Assembly: GCA_963696385.1 (NCBI GenBank)
Contig: CAVOKF010000007.1
Location: forward strand, 224,001 to 288,000
Length of the DNA stretch: 64,000 bases
Direction: 5' to 3'
Source: an uncultured delta proteobacterium
GTDB lineage: Bacteria > Myxococcota_A > Polyangia > Polyangiales > Polyangiaceae
Shown: positions 19,429-28,940 of the stretch, one piece after another
How the letters are laid out: each line of letters opens with the position of its first letter
Numbering within the stretch: position 1 is the first letter of the stretch
The notes under the pieces: generated by a model
Seen by the model: the letters and a program-made list of their open reading frames with translations, nothing else
Database searches by the model: none
Told to the model about the DNA's origin: nothing
Made by a program: the position numbers and the translations under genes

Positions 19429-20906
19429 GACTCACCCCGCTTTCGGTCGTAGGAACCGAGGTCGTGGGGCACCACGATGGCGTCGACGACGTGCGCGCCG
19501 AGCACGATATCCACCGGCATGGGCCGGTCGGTTCGCTGCCGCTCTTGCTCGCAGAGAAGGGCCAGCGCGCCGATGTCGTGCGTGCCGCGCTCGCCCATGA
19601 CGCGCACGGCGTAACCGAAGATCTCCAGCCCGTAGAGTGTGAAGAGCTTGCGCGCATGCCCGGTCATGAAGTTGATGTTTCGTCCCTGCTCGACCCAGCG
19701 TTCGTAAAGCACCGAGAGCTCGGGCACGGCGCCGAGCAGCTGGTCGCGTATCGTGATGGCCTCGGCTCGTGGCCGCCCCTCGCAGAGGGCGCGGCGATGC
19801 GCGGGGTCGTCGATGCGCTGACCGCGTCCCCACGAGCGTCGGTGGCGCGCCACCTCTTTCTCCCCATCGAGAAGCCGCACGTGATCGTCGTCCGCCACGA
19901 GCGTCAGCGTCGCGCTCGCGTACTTCGGCGGCGCCGAGTAGCGGTTGGTCCCGAGCCGTACGCTCGCCGTCTTGTCGACGGCGACAGGCAACACCAGGTC
20001 CGCCGTCGGCATCGGATTGGGCAGCGGCATCAGGCGCTCCTTCTCCTCGGCGAAGACCTCGCCCACGCTGCGGCTGGCGAGGGTTGGGTGGCGACGCGTC
20101 ATCACGACCGATTCGATGTGGCGCCGCAGGCCGAGGTTTCCTATCTCCAGACTCGGGATCGAACGGCCCGCGAAGAATCCTTCTTTGAGCTCGCGTATGG
20201 CTCTTTCGACTCCGCCCTTGTCTTCGGGCGTCCGCACGCGCGCGAGCACTGGTTTGACGCGAAGCTGTCCGGCGAGCTCGATGATCCCGGAGTGAAGCCG
20301 CGCGGCGCGACCATGGCGCTCGATCACGACGATCTTGGGGTTGTCGAAGAGAAGCTGCCGTGGCACGCCACCGAAGAAGCTCAGCGCGCGCAGGATCGAG
20401 CGCCGGAGCGATTCCGCCGTCATATCGAGCACCAACTCCGCGTACCGCATTCGCGAATACGCCAAAAGCATCACGAAGACCCAGAGCGCCCGCATCCCTC
20501 CCATGACGGAGAGCTGCCCCACGTGACCCCAGTCCACTTGCCCTTGCTCGCCCGGCAGGCGCTCGCAGACCAGGTACGCCTTGCTCGCCGCGCGCGGACG
20601 GATGCCTTTGACGAAGCGCTCGACGAGCTTTGCGCTGCCCCGAAACCCGCGCTCGGCGATCATCGTGCGCAGCCGCGTCGCGCGCAGCCGTGGATACCTC
20701 TCGATCTGCTCGAGGATGAAGCCCTTGTACGCGTCGAGCTTGCTCGGCCGAGGCTCGCGCGCGGGCTGTCCAGTGGCGTCCTGGGCGAGCACGCGCGTGA
20801 CGACGTCGTGGTGCACCCCCAGCTCGGCGGCCACCGTGCCTTCGGGCCACTTCTCGGCCTGCACGAGCCGAAGGATCTCGCTCTCGCACTCTTTGCTGAC
20901 TGTCAT
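19425..20906 (-). CDS. istA: IS21 DDE transposase IstA
   Basis: N-terminal HTH, SKLDAYK, PGEQGQVDWG, LFDNPK, KGGVER, NRYSAP. Confidence 0.95.
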   Translation of the reverse strand: MTVSKECESEILRLVQAEKWPEGTVAAELGVHHDVVTRVLAQDATGQPAREPRPSKLDAYKGFILEQIERYPRLRATRLRTMIAERGFRGSAKLVERFVKGIRPRAASKAYLVCERLPGEQGQVDWGHVGQLSVMGGMRALWVFVMLLAYSRMRYAELVLDMTAESLRRSILRALSFFGGVPRQLLFDNPKIVVIERHGRAARLHSGIIELAGQLRVKPVLARVRTPEDKGGVERAIRELKEGFFAGRSIPSLEIGNLGLRRHIESVVMTRRHPTLASRSVGEVFAEEKERLMPLPNPMPTADLVLPVAVDKTASVRLGTNRYSAPPKYASATLTLVADDDHVRLLDGEKEVARHRRSWGRGQRIDDPAHRRALCEGRPRAEAITIRDQLLGAVPELSVLYERWVEQGRNINFMTGHARKLFTLYGLEIFGYAVRVMGERGTHDIGALALLCEQERQRTDRPMPVDIVLGAHVVDAIVVPHDLGSYDRKRGES

Positions 20907-21277
20907 GGCGACACCCCCTGCAAGCAGACCTGCCGCAGATCACCGAAGCAGCCCAATCCCCCCAGACGGCCCGCGCGACGGCGATGCGCCGGACCGCGCA
21001 GCATCACCTCCACGTCGAAATGCAGATTGCGCACGCCGAAGCCCAGCGCGTCCTCCAGCCGCAATGCAGACATAGATTCCTCGGTATCCGCACAGAGAAC
21101 AACGCAGAGCGGGCGCTGCTGCCAGAGCGCCAGCCCCTCGAGCAGCGTGGAGGCCGCCCGCGGATGCGCCGACGCCGATGGGCCCAACACCGCCCGCATC
21201 CGTTCCTCGCGCCCCTCCATCATCAGGATCCGCGTCGCCTCGCGCCGGGGATCCATCGTCACCGTCCATCGATTCAT
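20903..21277 (-). CDS. IS-borne hypothetical protein upstream of istA, 124 aa
   Basis: MNRWTVTMDP...TRILMM...HPRAASTLLEGLALW...; stop overlaps the istA ATG (ATGA). Confidence 0.65.
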   Translation of the reverse strand: MNRWTVTMDPRREATRILMMEGREERMRAVLGPSASAHPRAASTLLEGLALWQQRPLCVVLCADTEESMSALRLEDALGFGVRNLHFDVEVMLRGPAHRRRAGRLGGLGCFGDLRQVCLQGVSP

Positions 21278-21702
21278 CGGTCCTGCTCCTGGCCGCCTCG
21301 GTCGCCGCCTCCGGGTTGGAGGCGAGCGCCGCGCCGCGCGAGCGCACAACACGCGAATCGGCACTCCCACCAGAAGGGGGATCCGTTACGACCTGCCCAT
21401 CCGTTCCCGGCGCGACCGGCGCCACCACGCCCCGCTGCCGAGCCTTGCGGCCTCGCCGGCCCGGATGTGCTTGGCGAAACCAGTGCTGCCGGTCGCGGTT
21501 GTTCTGCCGACCCTCCACCGTCGTCGCTTCCAACCGCCGCGCCGTGCGACAGAATCCGCGCGCGCCCTACCCCTTGGCACGCCTCGCTGCAGTAGCGGCG
21601 CTCGCCGAACCGATCGCACCTGGCGCACGCGTAGAACCCCTCGCCGCAGGCCCCACAGCACGCAAAACGAAGCGGCTGCTCGACTCCCTCATGCTCGTGC
21701 AC
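20940..21702 (-). CDS. IS-borne Cys-rich (putative zinc-binding) protein, probably frameshifted near 21553
   Basis: CCGAC...CARCDRFGERRYCSEAC. As written it ends at 21274. Removing one base at AGAATC (21551-21556) continues RICRTARRLEATTVEGRQNNRDRQ...VTD...CSLCG to a stop at 20940. Confidence 0.55.
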
Positions 21703-22009
21703 GCGTCCATTCCACGGACGCGTGATGCGCACGGGTTGACCCGGCGCTTGCTCTCAGGCACCGTCCGCGGCGTCCAGAGCCGCGTCCGCGTCTGGGCCGA
21801 AGGCTCGGGGTTGCCGCCCTGGGCCTTCACTCTTTTGTGCGTCCATTTCGTCGCGCCTTCTACGCCAGCACGCGCGCCGACACGAGCGGGGACCCTTCCC
21901 GCCGGCTCTCACGCAAGAGGATGGCCTTTGCGACCCGTCCTGAACGAATGCTCGGGCGTCCTACGCCCTGACGCGTCCCGGATCAGGCGGTTCTTCGCGT
22001 CGCTCTACA

Positions 22010-22473
22010 AGGGGAATCTCCAACGTCTCGGCAATCTCGCCGACAGGCACACCGTCGACGTAGTGCAGGACGAGCACGGCCCGACGCTCCAGATCCATCG
22101 CATCGAGCGCGGCACGCACGAGCTGGCCGCGCTCGGCTTCGACCATCCGCTCATCGACGGGCTGGGTCGGGTCTCGGGCTTCGACGTGCACGCCGTTCAG
22201 TTCGAGGCGGTGTCGCGCCAGGCGTCGGTAATCGGAGGCCAGGCGGTAGGCGAACCCGAAGAGCCAAGGACGGATTGGCCGCGTCGGGTCGTAGTCGGCA
22301 AGGCGCGCATGCACGCGGAGAAACACGTCGTGACAGAGGTCTTCGATCTCGGCTTCTCGCACGCCGAGTCGGCGCAACGTGCTCCATACGTAGCCGAACT
22401 GCTCGTCGAAGATGGCGCCCAAGTCGGGCCTTGCCGGCTGCGCGCTCGCGGACACTTCCACCATTGGGTCCAC
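22010..22473 (-). pseudogene. ECF sigma-70 factor, 5' fragment interrupted by the IS
   Basis: YVWSTLRRLGV..EDLCHDVF..RPWLFGFAYR..DYRR (region 2) and RRAVLVLHYVDG..EIAETLEIP (region 4); homology stops at the IS end. Confidence 0.92.
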
Positions 22474-22485
22474 GAGCGACTTCCT

Positions 22486-23496
22486 TCACAGGAAAAACGT
22501 CGAGAAGCCCACCCCGAAGTCGTACGTGAGGGGCCAAGTGGACCACACCGGCCTTGTCTGACCATCGAACAGGAAAAACTCTCGGTGGGTCAGATCGTAC
22601 AGCGCGTCCCCCCGTAGGTGGACGGTCACGGCGCGGCTGAGTGGCCATTCGAGCCCGATCCGGCCGCCTGAGGCCGCGAACAGCCGGTCCTGCGTGTGGG
22701 GCTGACGGCCTCCTTCACCCCAGACGACGAGGCTTCCGATCTCGCCGAGGGGGCACGCAAACGCCGGCCCGAGATGGGCGCACGCGACGACCGCGCCGGC
22801 GAAAACCGAAGATTGGACAATCGCGTCCGCACTCCCTTGGGTGGAGCGCGTCGAGAGATCGCCCATCGCTTCGACCTGGATCGACCCGAACCCGCGGCGC
22901 GTCCCCGCGAACAACGCGATCCCCGGTGCCCAGGTCGGGGCCGTCCCGCCCGCCACGAGGGCGTCGGCGCCGATCCTCCAGAGGGGGGCGACCTGCGGTG
23001 GCGCACGAGACGTGTCGGCGTGGAGTGGGGCCTGGGCGGGCGCAGCAGGTGCTTGGGGCTGCGGAGCGAACGCGGGCACGTCGGAGCTTGGCGCCGGCGC
23101 TGGCGCAACCGGCGGAGATGCCACGGGGTCGGCGGCGTCGAGCGCGATGCTAATGGCGAGAGCCGTTGCATCGAACAGGCTCGCGCACCCGTCGCGGTCG
23201 GACGTGATCTGGCGCGTCCCGCGGTCGATGCCTTGTTCGTCGACGAGCTGCACGCGCGCGTTCAACCGCCCGTGTTCCCTCCAGACCTGGACGACCACCG
23301 CGCCCTTCGCCCACGGGAAGAACGGATCGTAGCCGAACCGGGTCGCCACGGCCGCGCGAAGGGAGGCCTCGTCGGGACACGCCATGGCATCGGCGGACCG
23401 CGTGTACACGAGCCGCGTCGAAGGGCTCGCGCGGGCGCTCGCGGCAACCGCCAGAGTCACCATCACGACCGCCGCGCCGATCCGCATCGCAAACAT
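22486..23496 (-). CDS. exported/outer-membrane protein heading the ECF cassette
   Basis: Signal peptide, CPDEASLRAAVATRFGYDPF domain, Pro-rich linker, beta-strand-rich C-terminus. Start may be 23487. Confidence 0.7.
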   Translation of the reverse strand: MFAMRIGAAVVMVTLAVAASARASPSTRLVYTRSADAMACPDEASLRAAVATRFGYDPFFPWAKGAVVVQVWREHGRLNARVQLVDEQGIDRGTRQITSDRDGCASLFDATALAISIALDAADPVASPPVAPAPAPSSDVPAFAPQPQAPAAPAQAPLHADTSRAPPQVAPLWRIGADALVAGGTAPTWAPGIALFAGTRRGFGSIQVEAMGDLSTRSTQGSADAIVQSSVFAGAVVACAHLGPAFACPLGEIGSLVVWGEGGRQPHTQDRLFAASGGRIGLEWPLSRAVTVHLRGDALYDLTHREFFLFDGQTRPVWSTWPLTYDFGVGFSTFFL

Positions 23497-23829
23497 CCTA
23501 AACCAAGCATCCCGCAGGTGAGCGGCCTGTCGTCGGACCACGCCGTCGTACGAAGCCCATCCCAGGCTACGAGTCCGCCGTGAAGGCGGTGGGCGGGAGT
23601 CTTTCTGGCGCCACGGCGCGAACGTGGCAAACCCAAGTCGTCCCGCGCAACGGCGTGGCGAGCCGGCTGGGCGTGCTCGACGTAGGCGCTAGGCGGCCGA
23701 TGGTGGGGCAGGACTCGTCCGAAAGGACGTGGCTCTGGTGCCGGTCTGGGCGTTCCTCGTCCGATTCTCGGGTGCACGGCGGCCTTCCGGAGGTACGCTC
23801 GAATAGGAACCGAGGAGCTAGGAAGTCCG

Positions 23830-24476
23830 ATGCCGACGTGGCGACGTGCCCCTATCGAATCGATCGGGATCGGGCTCGTGGTCGCCGCCGCGCTCTTGCC
23901 GGATCGCGCCGCTTCCGCTCAGACGCCTGCCTCGGTCGGCTCGCAGACGACAACGCCGCCGGCGGCGCCCTCCGGTGACGACCTGGGTTACGTCCCCCCC
24001 TTTTCCGGATCCGTGCTGGCTGCGCCGATGCGCTTGACACTCGAGGGCAGCATCTCTCCCAGGGCGGGCGGGTTCCCCCAGTGCGCCTCCCTCGAGGATG
24101 ACGTCGGCAACTCCGTGGGAGGCATTCCCGTTCAGCACTACACCGATTGGCGGCTCACCCCTCACCTCGTCTTGAGCGTGTTCACCCAGCTCGGTTGCCC
24201 CATCGACGCCGGCATGGGCGCGGTGGTCACGTACACCGTTCCTATTCGGCCGTCGGTGGCATGGGTCTTCGCAGCCGGCGCCTACGCGGCCCCCGCGCAG
24301 TTTCCATTGTACGGCGGGATGCAGCCGGCGCTCTCGCTGGCGTTGAAGGGCGCGAGCGCGCGGTCTCGACTCGAACGGATATCGTTTGGAAGGCTGCGGA
24401 CGGACACCCGTACAACGTGGGCGTGCAGGTTCTGGGGCAGAGCAGGCAGCAGATCACGTTCGGAGCCGGCTTCTGA
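23830..24476 (+). CDS. hypothetical exported protein, frameshifted near 24355
   Basis: Signal peptide. Plausible beta-rich C-terminus (TRTDIVWK...QQITFGAGF*) lies in another frame ending at 24476; the shift is near a GCGCGC run. Confidence 0.5.
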
Positions 24477-24597
24477 AATCCCCCAGGGGCCCGTCACCTC
24501 GCGAACACGCGGAGCCCCGGGAAAGAACGTAGCAAGCTTCCGGCAGTCGTCGACCTTCATCGCGATCGGCAGGAGCGTATATATACTCACCGTCGCC

Positions 24598-24963
24598 GTG
24601 GACCCTTCTCGGAACGACAGCTTCGCCCGCGGAGCGCTTCTCTTCGACTCAGGCGCGTTCTTCGAGGCCCACGAGGCGTGGGAGACGGACTGGCTCGTCG
24701 AGACAGACCCGACGCAACGGCGGTTTCTTCAAGGACTCATCCAAGTTGCCGCAGGCTTCCACAAGCTTCTGGCAAGGGGATCCGTCGACTCCGCCTCTCG
24801 CCTGCTCGCCAAGGGCATCGCCAAGCTCGACGCGTGTCCGCCACATGTTGGTTGCACGGATGTCGCAACGTTCCGCGACGGGGTTCGCGCCTGGGCTCAC
24901 GAGCTCGCCGCCGGTCGCTTCGATCACGCGGCCATCCCGAAGGTAGGCACGAGCACGCTGTAG
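24598..24963 (+). CDS. DUF309 family protein
   Basis: GALLFDSGAFFEAHEAWETDW...FLQGLIQVAAGFHK; GTG start at 24598. Confidence 0.85.
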   Translation: MDPSRNDSFARGALLFDSGAFFEAHEAWETDWLVETDPTQRRFLQGLIQVAAGFHKLLARGSVDSASRLLAKGIAKLDACPPHVGCTDVATFRDGVRAWAHELAAGRFDHAAIPKVGTSTL

Positions 24964-25121
24964 GCTCCGTGGCCGAACGCATCGCACGCACCGTGAGGAG
25001 TCCGCAAGCGTGATCGGAAACGGTCATGACGTAAAGGTCGCGGAAAAGCGGGCCGCACCCACAGTTCGTGATCATGGATGATCTTGCCATTCGTCGCAGC
25101 ACGGTCGACGTTGCGGCCACC

Positions 25122-25724
25122 ATGGAGGACAAAGCGCCTCTGGTTCTCATCGTTGAGAGCGACGCCGGCCTGCGCTCGGACTACTGCAGATGGCTCGCCG
25201 AGGAAGGCTACCGAGTCTTGGTGGCGGCGAACGGCCTGGAGGCGCTGGAACTCACGCGGATGCATCAGCCGCTGCTCGTGCTGATGAACCTGGACCTTCC
25301 GGGCCTGGACGGCTGGGAGGCGACTCGCGTACTTCGCCGCGATCCCTGGCTGCGCGCGATCCACGTTGTCGCTCTGACCGGCAGCGCTGCAAAGACGAGG
25401 GAATGCGACGGGCGATCGGCGGGGTGCGACGCCGCGCTTCGAAGCCCGATTCAACGACAGGCCCTGATCGAACTGGTCGGACGGTTTGCCATCGCGCGAA
25501 CATCACGTCCATGCGCCGACGACGATGACCACGATCCCAAGGGTGGCCACATTCCAGACCAGCGACCGGACGACCGGAACGCCCAGTGCGTAGAGCGGGA
25601 CGTACGCGAGCCGGGCCCAAACATACATCCGACGTCCGATCACCGTGGCGCCCTCGTCGTGGCCCCTGAGACTCGCCACCAGCACGGCCGCGAGGATCCT
25701 TCGGCGCGTCCGTCTCGCGGATAG
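25122..25724 (+). CDS. single-domain response regulator-like protein (degenerate receiver)
   Basis: VLIVESD, AANGLEAL, LVLMNLDLPGLDGWEATR, VVALTG. The domain ends near 25500 but the ORF runs on antisense into the next gene remnant. Confidence 0.7.
   Translation: MEDKAPLVLIVESDAGLRSDYCRWLAEEGYRVLVAANGLEALELTRMHQPLLVLMNLDLPGLDGWEATRVLRRDPWLRAIHVVALTGSAAKTRECDGRSAGCDAALRSPIQRQALIELVGRFAIARTSRPCADDDDHDPKGGHIPDQRPDDRNAQCVERDVREPGPNIHPTSDHRGALVVAPETRHQHGREDPSARPSRG
25503..25693 (-). pseudogene. MAPEG-family membrane protein, C-terminal remnant
   Basis: AAVLVA...YVWARLAYVPLYALGVPVVRSLVWNVATLGIV; no MAPEG-like N-terminal half upstream. Confidence 0.7.
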
Positions 25725-25995
25725 GGAGCCGAGCATTGGCGCCGCGAGAACGGCCGGGATGCGGCTGTTTCGTTCGGCGGTGGCTCGCTCTCTCGTGGAG
25801 GCGCGCGCCTGTCGTGACGCGTTCGAGGCCGACGTGCTGGCGGGCGCGTTTTTCGTCGCTCTCGAGACGGCCATCGAGCACTGGGCCGCAACCGATGCCG
25901 CTCTTCCACTGCGCCACTTCATTCAGCGTGCACTTCGCGACTTGGCGCTGTTCGGAAGGCAGGCGCGCAGGCCCAAACCAAGCAACGGGCGATAG
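25694..25995 (+). pseudogene. probable TetR-family C-terminal domain remnant
   Basis: RILRRVRL..REPSI...ADVLAGAFFVALETAIEHW...LRHFIQRALRDL; no HTH upstream. Confidence 0.45.
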
Positions 25996-26053
25996 AGCAA
26001 GGGATGCGCGGTCGGTTTCGGTGCTCGAAATCGTCGGCTCGATGCGTGGCCAA

Positions 26054-26863
26054 CTACGGTGTGCATAGCCCTACGTTGCAGGCGTCGCCCGGCGGACACA
26101 CCTCGCCGCAGGTTCCGCAGTTGTTCGGGTCGGTCAGCTCATCGACGCAAGCTCCGCTGCACGCCGTGTCACCCTTCGGGCAGGCGCAAGCGCCGTTCGT
26201 GCAGGTAGCTCCATCGGGGCACGGGTTGCCGCAGGCGCCGCAGTTGTCGGGGTCGCTCGTGAGATCCGTGCAGGCTTGACCCAGGCACGTCGTGCAAACG
26301 GTCTGCCCCGCCGGACAGTCGCACACGCCGTTCACGCAATTCGCGCCAGCCGCGCACGTCGCCCCGCAAGCGCCGCAATTTTCCGGATCGACAGAGCTAT
26401 TGACGCATTGTTGAGGCGAGCCACAAGCGATCTGCGTACGCTCTGGCCCGCACGGAACACACAGACCGCCCTTGCAGACCAAGGCGGCGGAACACGTGGC
26501 TCCGCACATGCCGCAATTATCGGGATCGATCATCGTGTCTGTGCAGCCAAAGCCGCAATCGGTGTTCCCGATCGGGCATTCGCAAACGCCAGCCGTGCAT
26601 GCATCATCGGGTGCGCAAGCGTTGCCGCAGACTCCGCAGTTACTCGGGTCGGTCAAGAGACTCGTGCAGAGGCCGGAGCATAGCGTCTCCACGGTCGCGC
26701 ACTCGGTCCGTGGCATGGGCATCGATGCCGCTTCGGTGCTCGCCGGCAGATTGGCGTCAACCACTTGCGCAGGCGCTGGCCCCCCATCGTCGACGAGCGG
26801 AGCAATGTGTCCGCCACACGCGACGGCGAATGGGATGAACAAAAGTGCGACGAAGCTCCGCAT
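26054..26863 (-). CDS. Cys-rich repeat lipoprotein
   Basis: AVAC lipobox and five (T/I/V/S)DPxNCGxCGxxC repeats, typical of myxobacterial Cys-rich proteins. Confidence 0.85.
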   Translation of the reverse strand: MRSFVALLFIPFAVACGGHIAPLVDDGGPAPAQVVDANLPASTEAASMPMPRTECATVETLCSGLCTSLLTDPSNCGVCGNACAPDDACTAGVCECPIGNTDCGFGCTDTMIDPDNCGMCGATCSAALVCKGGLCVPCGPERTQIACGSPQQCVNSSVDPENCGACGATCAAGANCVNGVCDCPAGQTVCTTCLGQACTDLTSDPDNCGACGNPCPDGATCTNGACACPKGDTACSGACVDELTDPNNCGTCGEVCPPGDACNVGLCTP

Positions 26864-27201
26864 GGCCGCCTCCGTCATTGCGTCGGACAGCATCCCACCG
26901 TAACGCTGGAGCTCGAAGAGGCGCGGTTCATCGTTATGGCATCGACGGGATTCTTTCGTTCCACCCGGTTCGGCCGTCGTCTCCAAAAGCAGGCTCCGAT
27001 AATCGCTCCGGGAAGCGGTTTTGCAAGGTCCTCGGATGGGCGGGTTACCGGTGTCGACCTCGTTGCCGATAACGCAACGCGTCGGCAATTCTCGCGTACC
27101 CGTCAAGGCACAGCTCCTTCGGGCGGCGGTTCGAGGCTATTCCCACCCCTCGGTGATGCGCACCTCGAAGGGCGCCCCAGCATTGCGCGCTCCGCAAGGA
27201 C

Positions 27202-28596
27202 TCAGCGCGGGCTCCGATCCGAGAGGAGCTTCGGCAAGTTCATCGCCGCCGGCGGGGCAAAGCGCTTCATGCGCTCGCGGGAGGCGGTCACGCGCGGATC
27301 GTTTCGGTGGGCAGCGATCCCGCTCGTGGGTTGGAGGCGGCTCGCCTTGTTCCATGTCGCGAGGGGTGGATGGGCGGCGATCCTGCTCGTGACGCCCATC
27401 GTGGCGAGAAACGCGGTCAGATAGTCCTCGTTCTTGTCCCAGTACGAGATGGAGGGGCACAGGTCGTTCTTCGCCTCGTCGCTCTCGACCGTGGCCTCGA
27501 CCATGCCGAGCATCGCGAACTGGTAGCACGCGAACCCCCATATGAAGGGCTGGATTGTGACGCGTCCGGGATCGAAGATGGGGCGGCGCGGGGGGCTCGG
27601 AAGCCCTCGCGCCGCGCAGTGGACGTGGACCGTCCGTTCGTCGGTCGGCACCCGCCCTCGGTCGAGCACGATCTCGTCACGCTCGATTCGGCGCACGTGA
27701 CCCATGCGGACCACGCCGTCGATCCGGCGGAGAAGCCCGATCTCGGCCTCGCTCACGATGGCGCCGCGAAGCATGGTCGGCGCCACCTCGGGGTCGATCC
27801 GGAGAAACACGCTCTCCGATTCCAGCCGGGCGAAGAGCTCATCCACCGACCTGGCCTGAGCCATCGCCTCGATCTGGATCGCGGTGCCGCGCAGGAGATC
27901 CGGCAGGAGCGTGTGCGGCTGTTGGAACCGGCGATTGAGCCACCAACCTTCGCGCGGTCTGACCCACCGAATGGCCGTAGCCGGAACGCCACGCTCGAGA
28001 AGCCAGACGCAAGCGTCAAGCGCGGTCTTGCCCGCTCCGATGATCACGAAGCGCTCGGGCGGCTGTTCGAGGCGAGTGAGCTCGCTCGGCGTCATGCAGC
28101 GAACGCCGTCAGCCACCTCGAATGGCGGAGGGGTCGTCGCCGGGATCGTTCCCTCGCCGTACGTCGTGTCGACTAGCTTGCGGCGCACGTGCACCTGACA
28201 CGACGCGCCGGTGAGCCTGGAGACGAAGCGGTGCTCCCCAACGTAATCGCTACACGGGAAGTACCGGACCCGCCCGGTGGGCAGGAAGTGCCGGTGCATG
28301 ACGTGCTCGTAATAGCCACGCAGCTCGTCCGGGCCCGCCAGCTCGTAGAAGCCCGCGTTGGTCCCGGTTGTGTCGATGGCATCATGCCCGAGCGGCACGG
28401 AGTCGACTCCGTAGAGCGCGGATGGCTGATGGAGTCGAACGAACGGATAGGCGTCGACCCAATGGCCTCCGGGCGCATGCCGGCGGTCGACCACTGCGAC
28501 GGTCGCGTTCGAGTGCGCGAGAAGCGCGTCGGTGAACGCCATCCCCGCAGCCCCGGCGCCCACGACGAGGTAATCGGTCTCAAGCTCCGCGTGCAC
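27202..28596 (-). CDS. NAD(P)/FAD-dependent oxidoreductase
   Basis: DYLVVGAGAAGMAF, GGHWVDAYPFVRLHQPS, second Rossmann motif IIGAGKTALD. Confidence 0.9.
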   Translation of the reverse strand: MHAELETDYLVVGAGAAGMAFTDALLAHSNATVAVVDRRHAPGGHWVDAYPFVRLHQPSALYGVDSVPLGHDAIDTTGTNAGFYELAGPDELRGYYEHVMHRHFLPTGRVRYFPCSDYVGEHRFVSRLTGASCQVHVRRKLVDTTYGEGTIPATTPPPFEVADGVRCMTPSELTRLEQPPERFVIIGAGKTALDACVWLLERGVPATAIRWVRPREGWWLNRRFQQPHTLLPDLLRGTAIQIEAMAQARSVDELFARLESESVFLRIDPEVAPTMLRGAIVSEAEIGLLRRIDGVVRMGHVRRIERDEIVLDRGRVPTDERTVHVHCAARGLPSPPRRPIFDPGRVTIQPFIWGFACYQFAMLGMVEATVESDEAKNDLCPSISYWDKNEDYLTAFLATMGVTSRIAAHPPLATWNKASRLQPTSGIAAHRNDPRVTASRERMKRFAPPAAMNLPKLLSDRSPR

Positions 28597-28697
28597 CGGG
28601 AAAGCCTACCTTCCCGTCGCTAGGCGCACGGCGGACGCTGTCGCACGCTCAGCATTTCGATTGCGGGCATCGGGTCACTCGGACGCTATACTGAAGC

Positions 28698-28940
28698 ATG
28701 GCTCGCACGGCTTCCGACATTAGAGCGGATCGGCGAAGGGCGACCTGGAGCGGCGCCAAAGCCGGTTCCTTTGCGGAACTGAACGAGAAGGGGTTGGATT
28801 TCTGGGCCAACGCAGAGCCGTCCACCAAGCTGCAGGCCATGTGGGATGCCATCGTCGAAGCCTGGATCATCAGTGGGAAGAATGGACCTCCACCCCGATT
28901 TCAAGGATCTGCTTTCGGCGTTAGCCGACACGAACGCTGA
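28698..28940 (+). CDS. small hypothetical protein paired with the nucleotidyltransferase
   Basis: 80 aa, DFW...KLQAMW...PPRFQGS; overlaps the downstream gene by 59 bp. Confidence 0.6.
   Translation: MARTASDIRADRRRATWSGAKAGSFAELNEKGLDFWANAEPSTKLQAMWDAIVEAWIISGKNGPPPRFQGSAFGVSRHER

Larger units (their letters stand above)
18245..22009 (-). mobile_element. IS21-family insertion sequence, 3,765 bp, with accessory ORFs
   Basis: TG...CA ends; imperfect inverted repeats TGTAGACGGACGCGTAAATCCGC (18245-18267) and TGTAGAGCGACGCGAAGAACCGC (reverse complement of 21987-22009), 18/23 identical; GACGYG recurs 24 bp inward at both ends; istA/istB; 6-bp TSD. Confidence 0.95.

Noticed and set aside
19113..21725. 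870-aa plus-strand ORF and similar long antisense ORFs (e.g. 53166-55235, 35651-37159, 63118-63996)
   Set aside because: Shadow ORFs opposite well-supported genes, expected in high-GC DNA, with no recognisable motifs.
23830..24963. 377-aa exported protein-DUF309 fusion
   Set aside because: Artefact of a frameshift near 24355. Two separate genes fit better.
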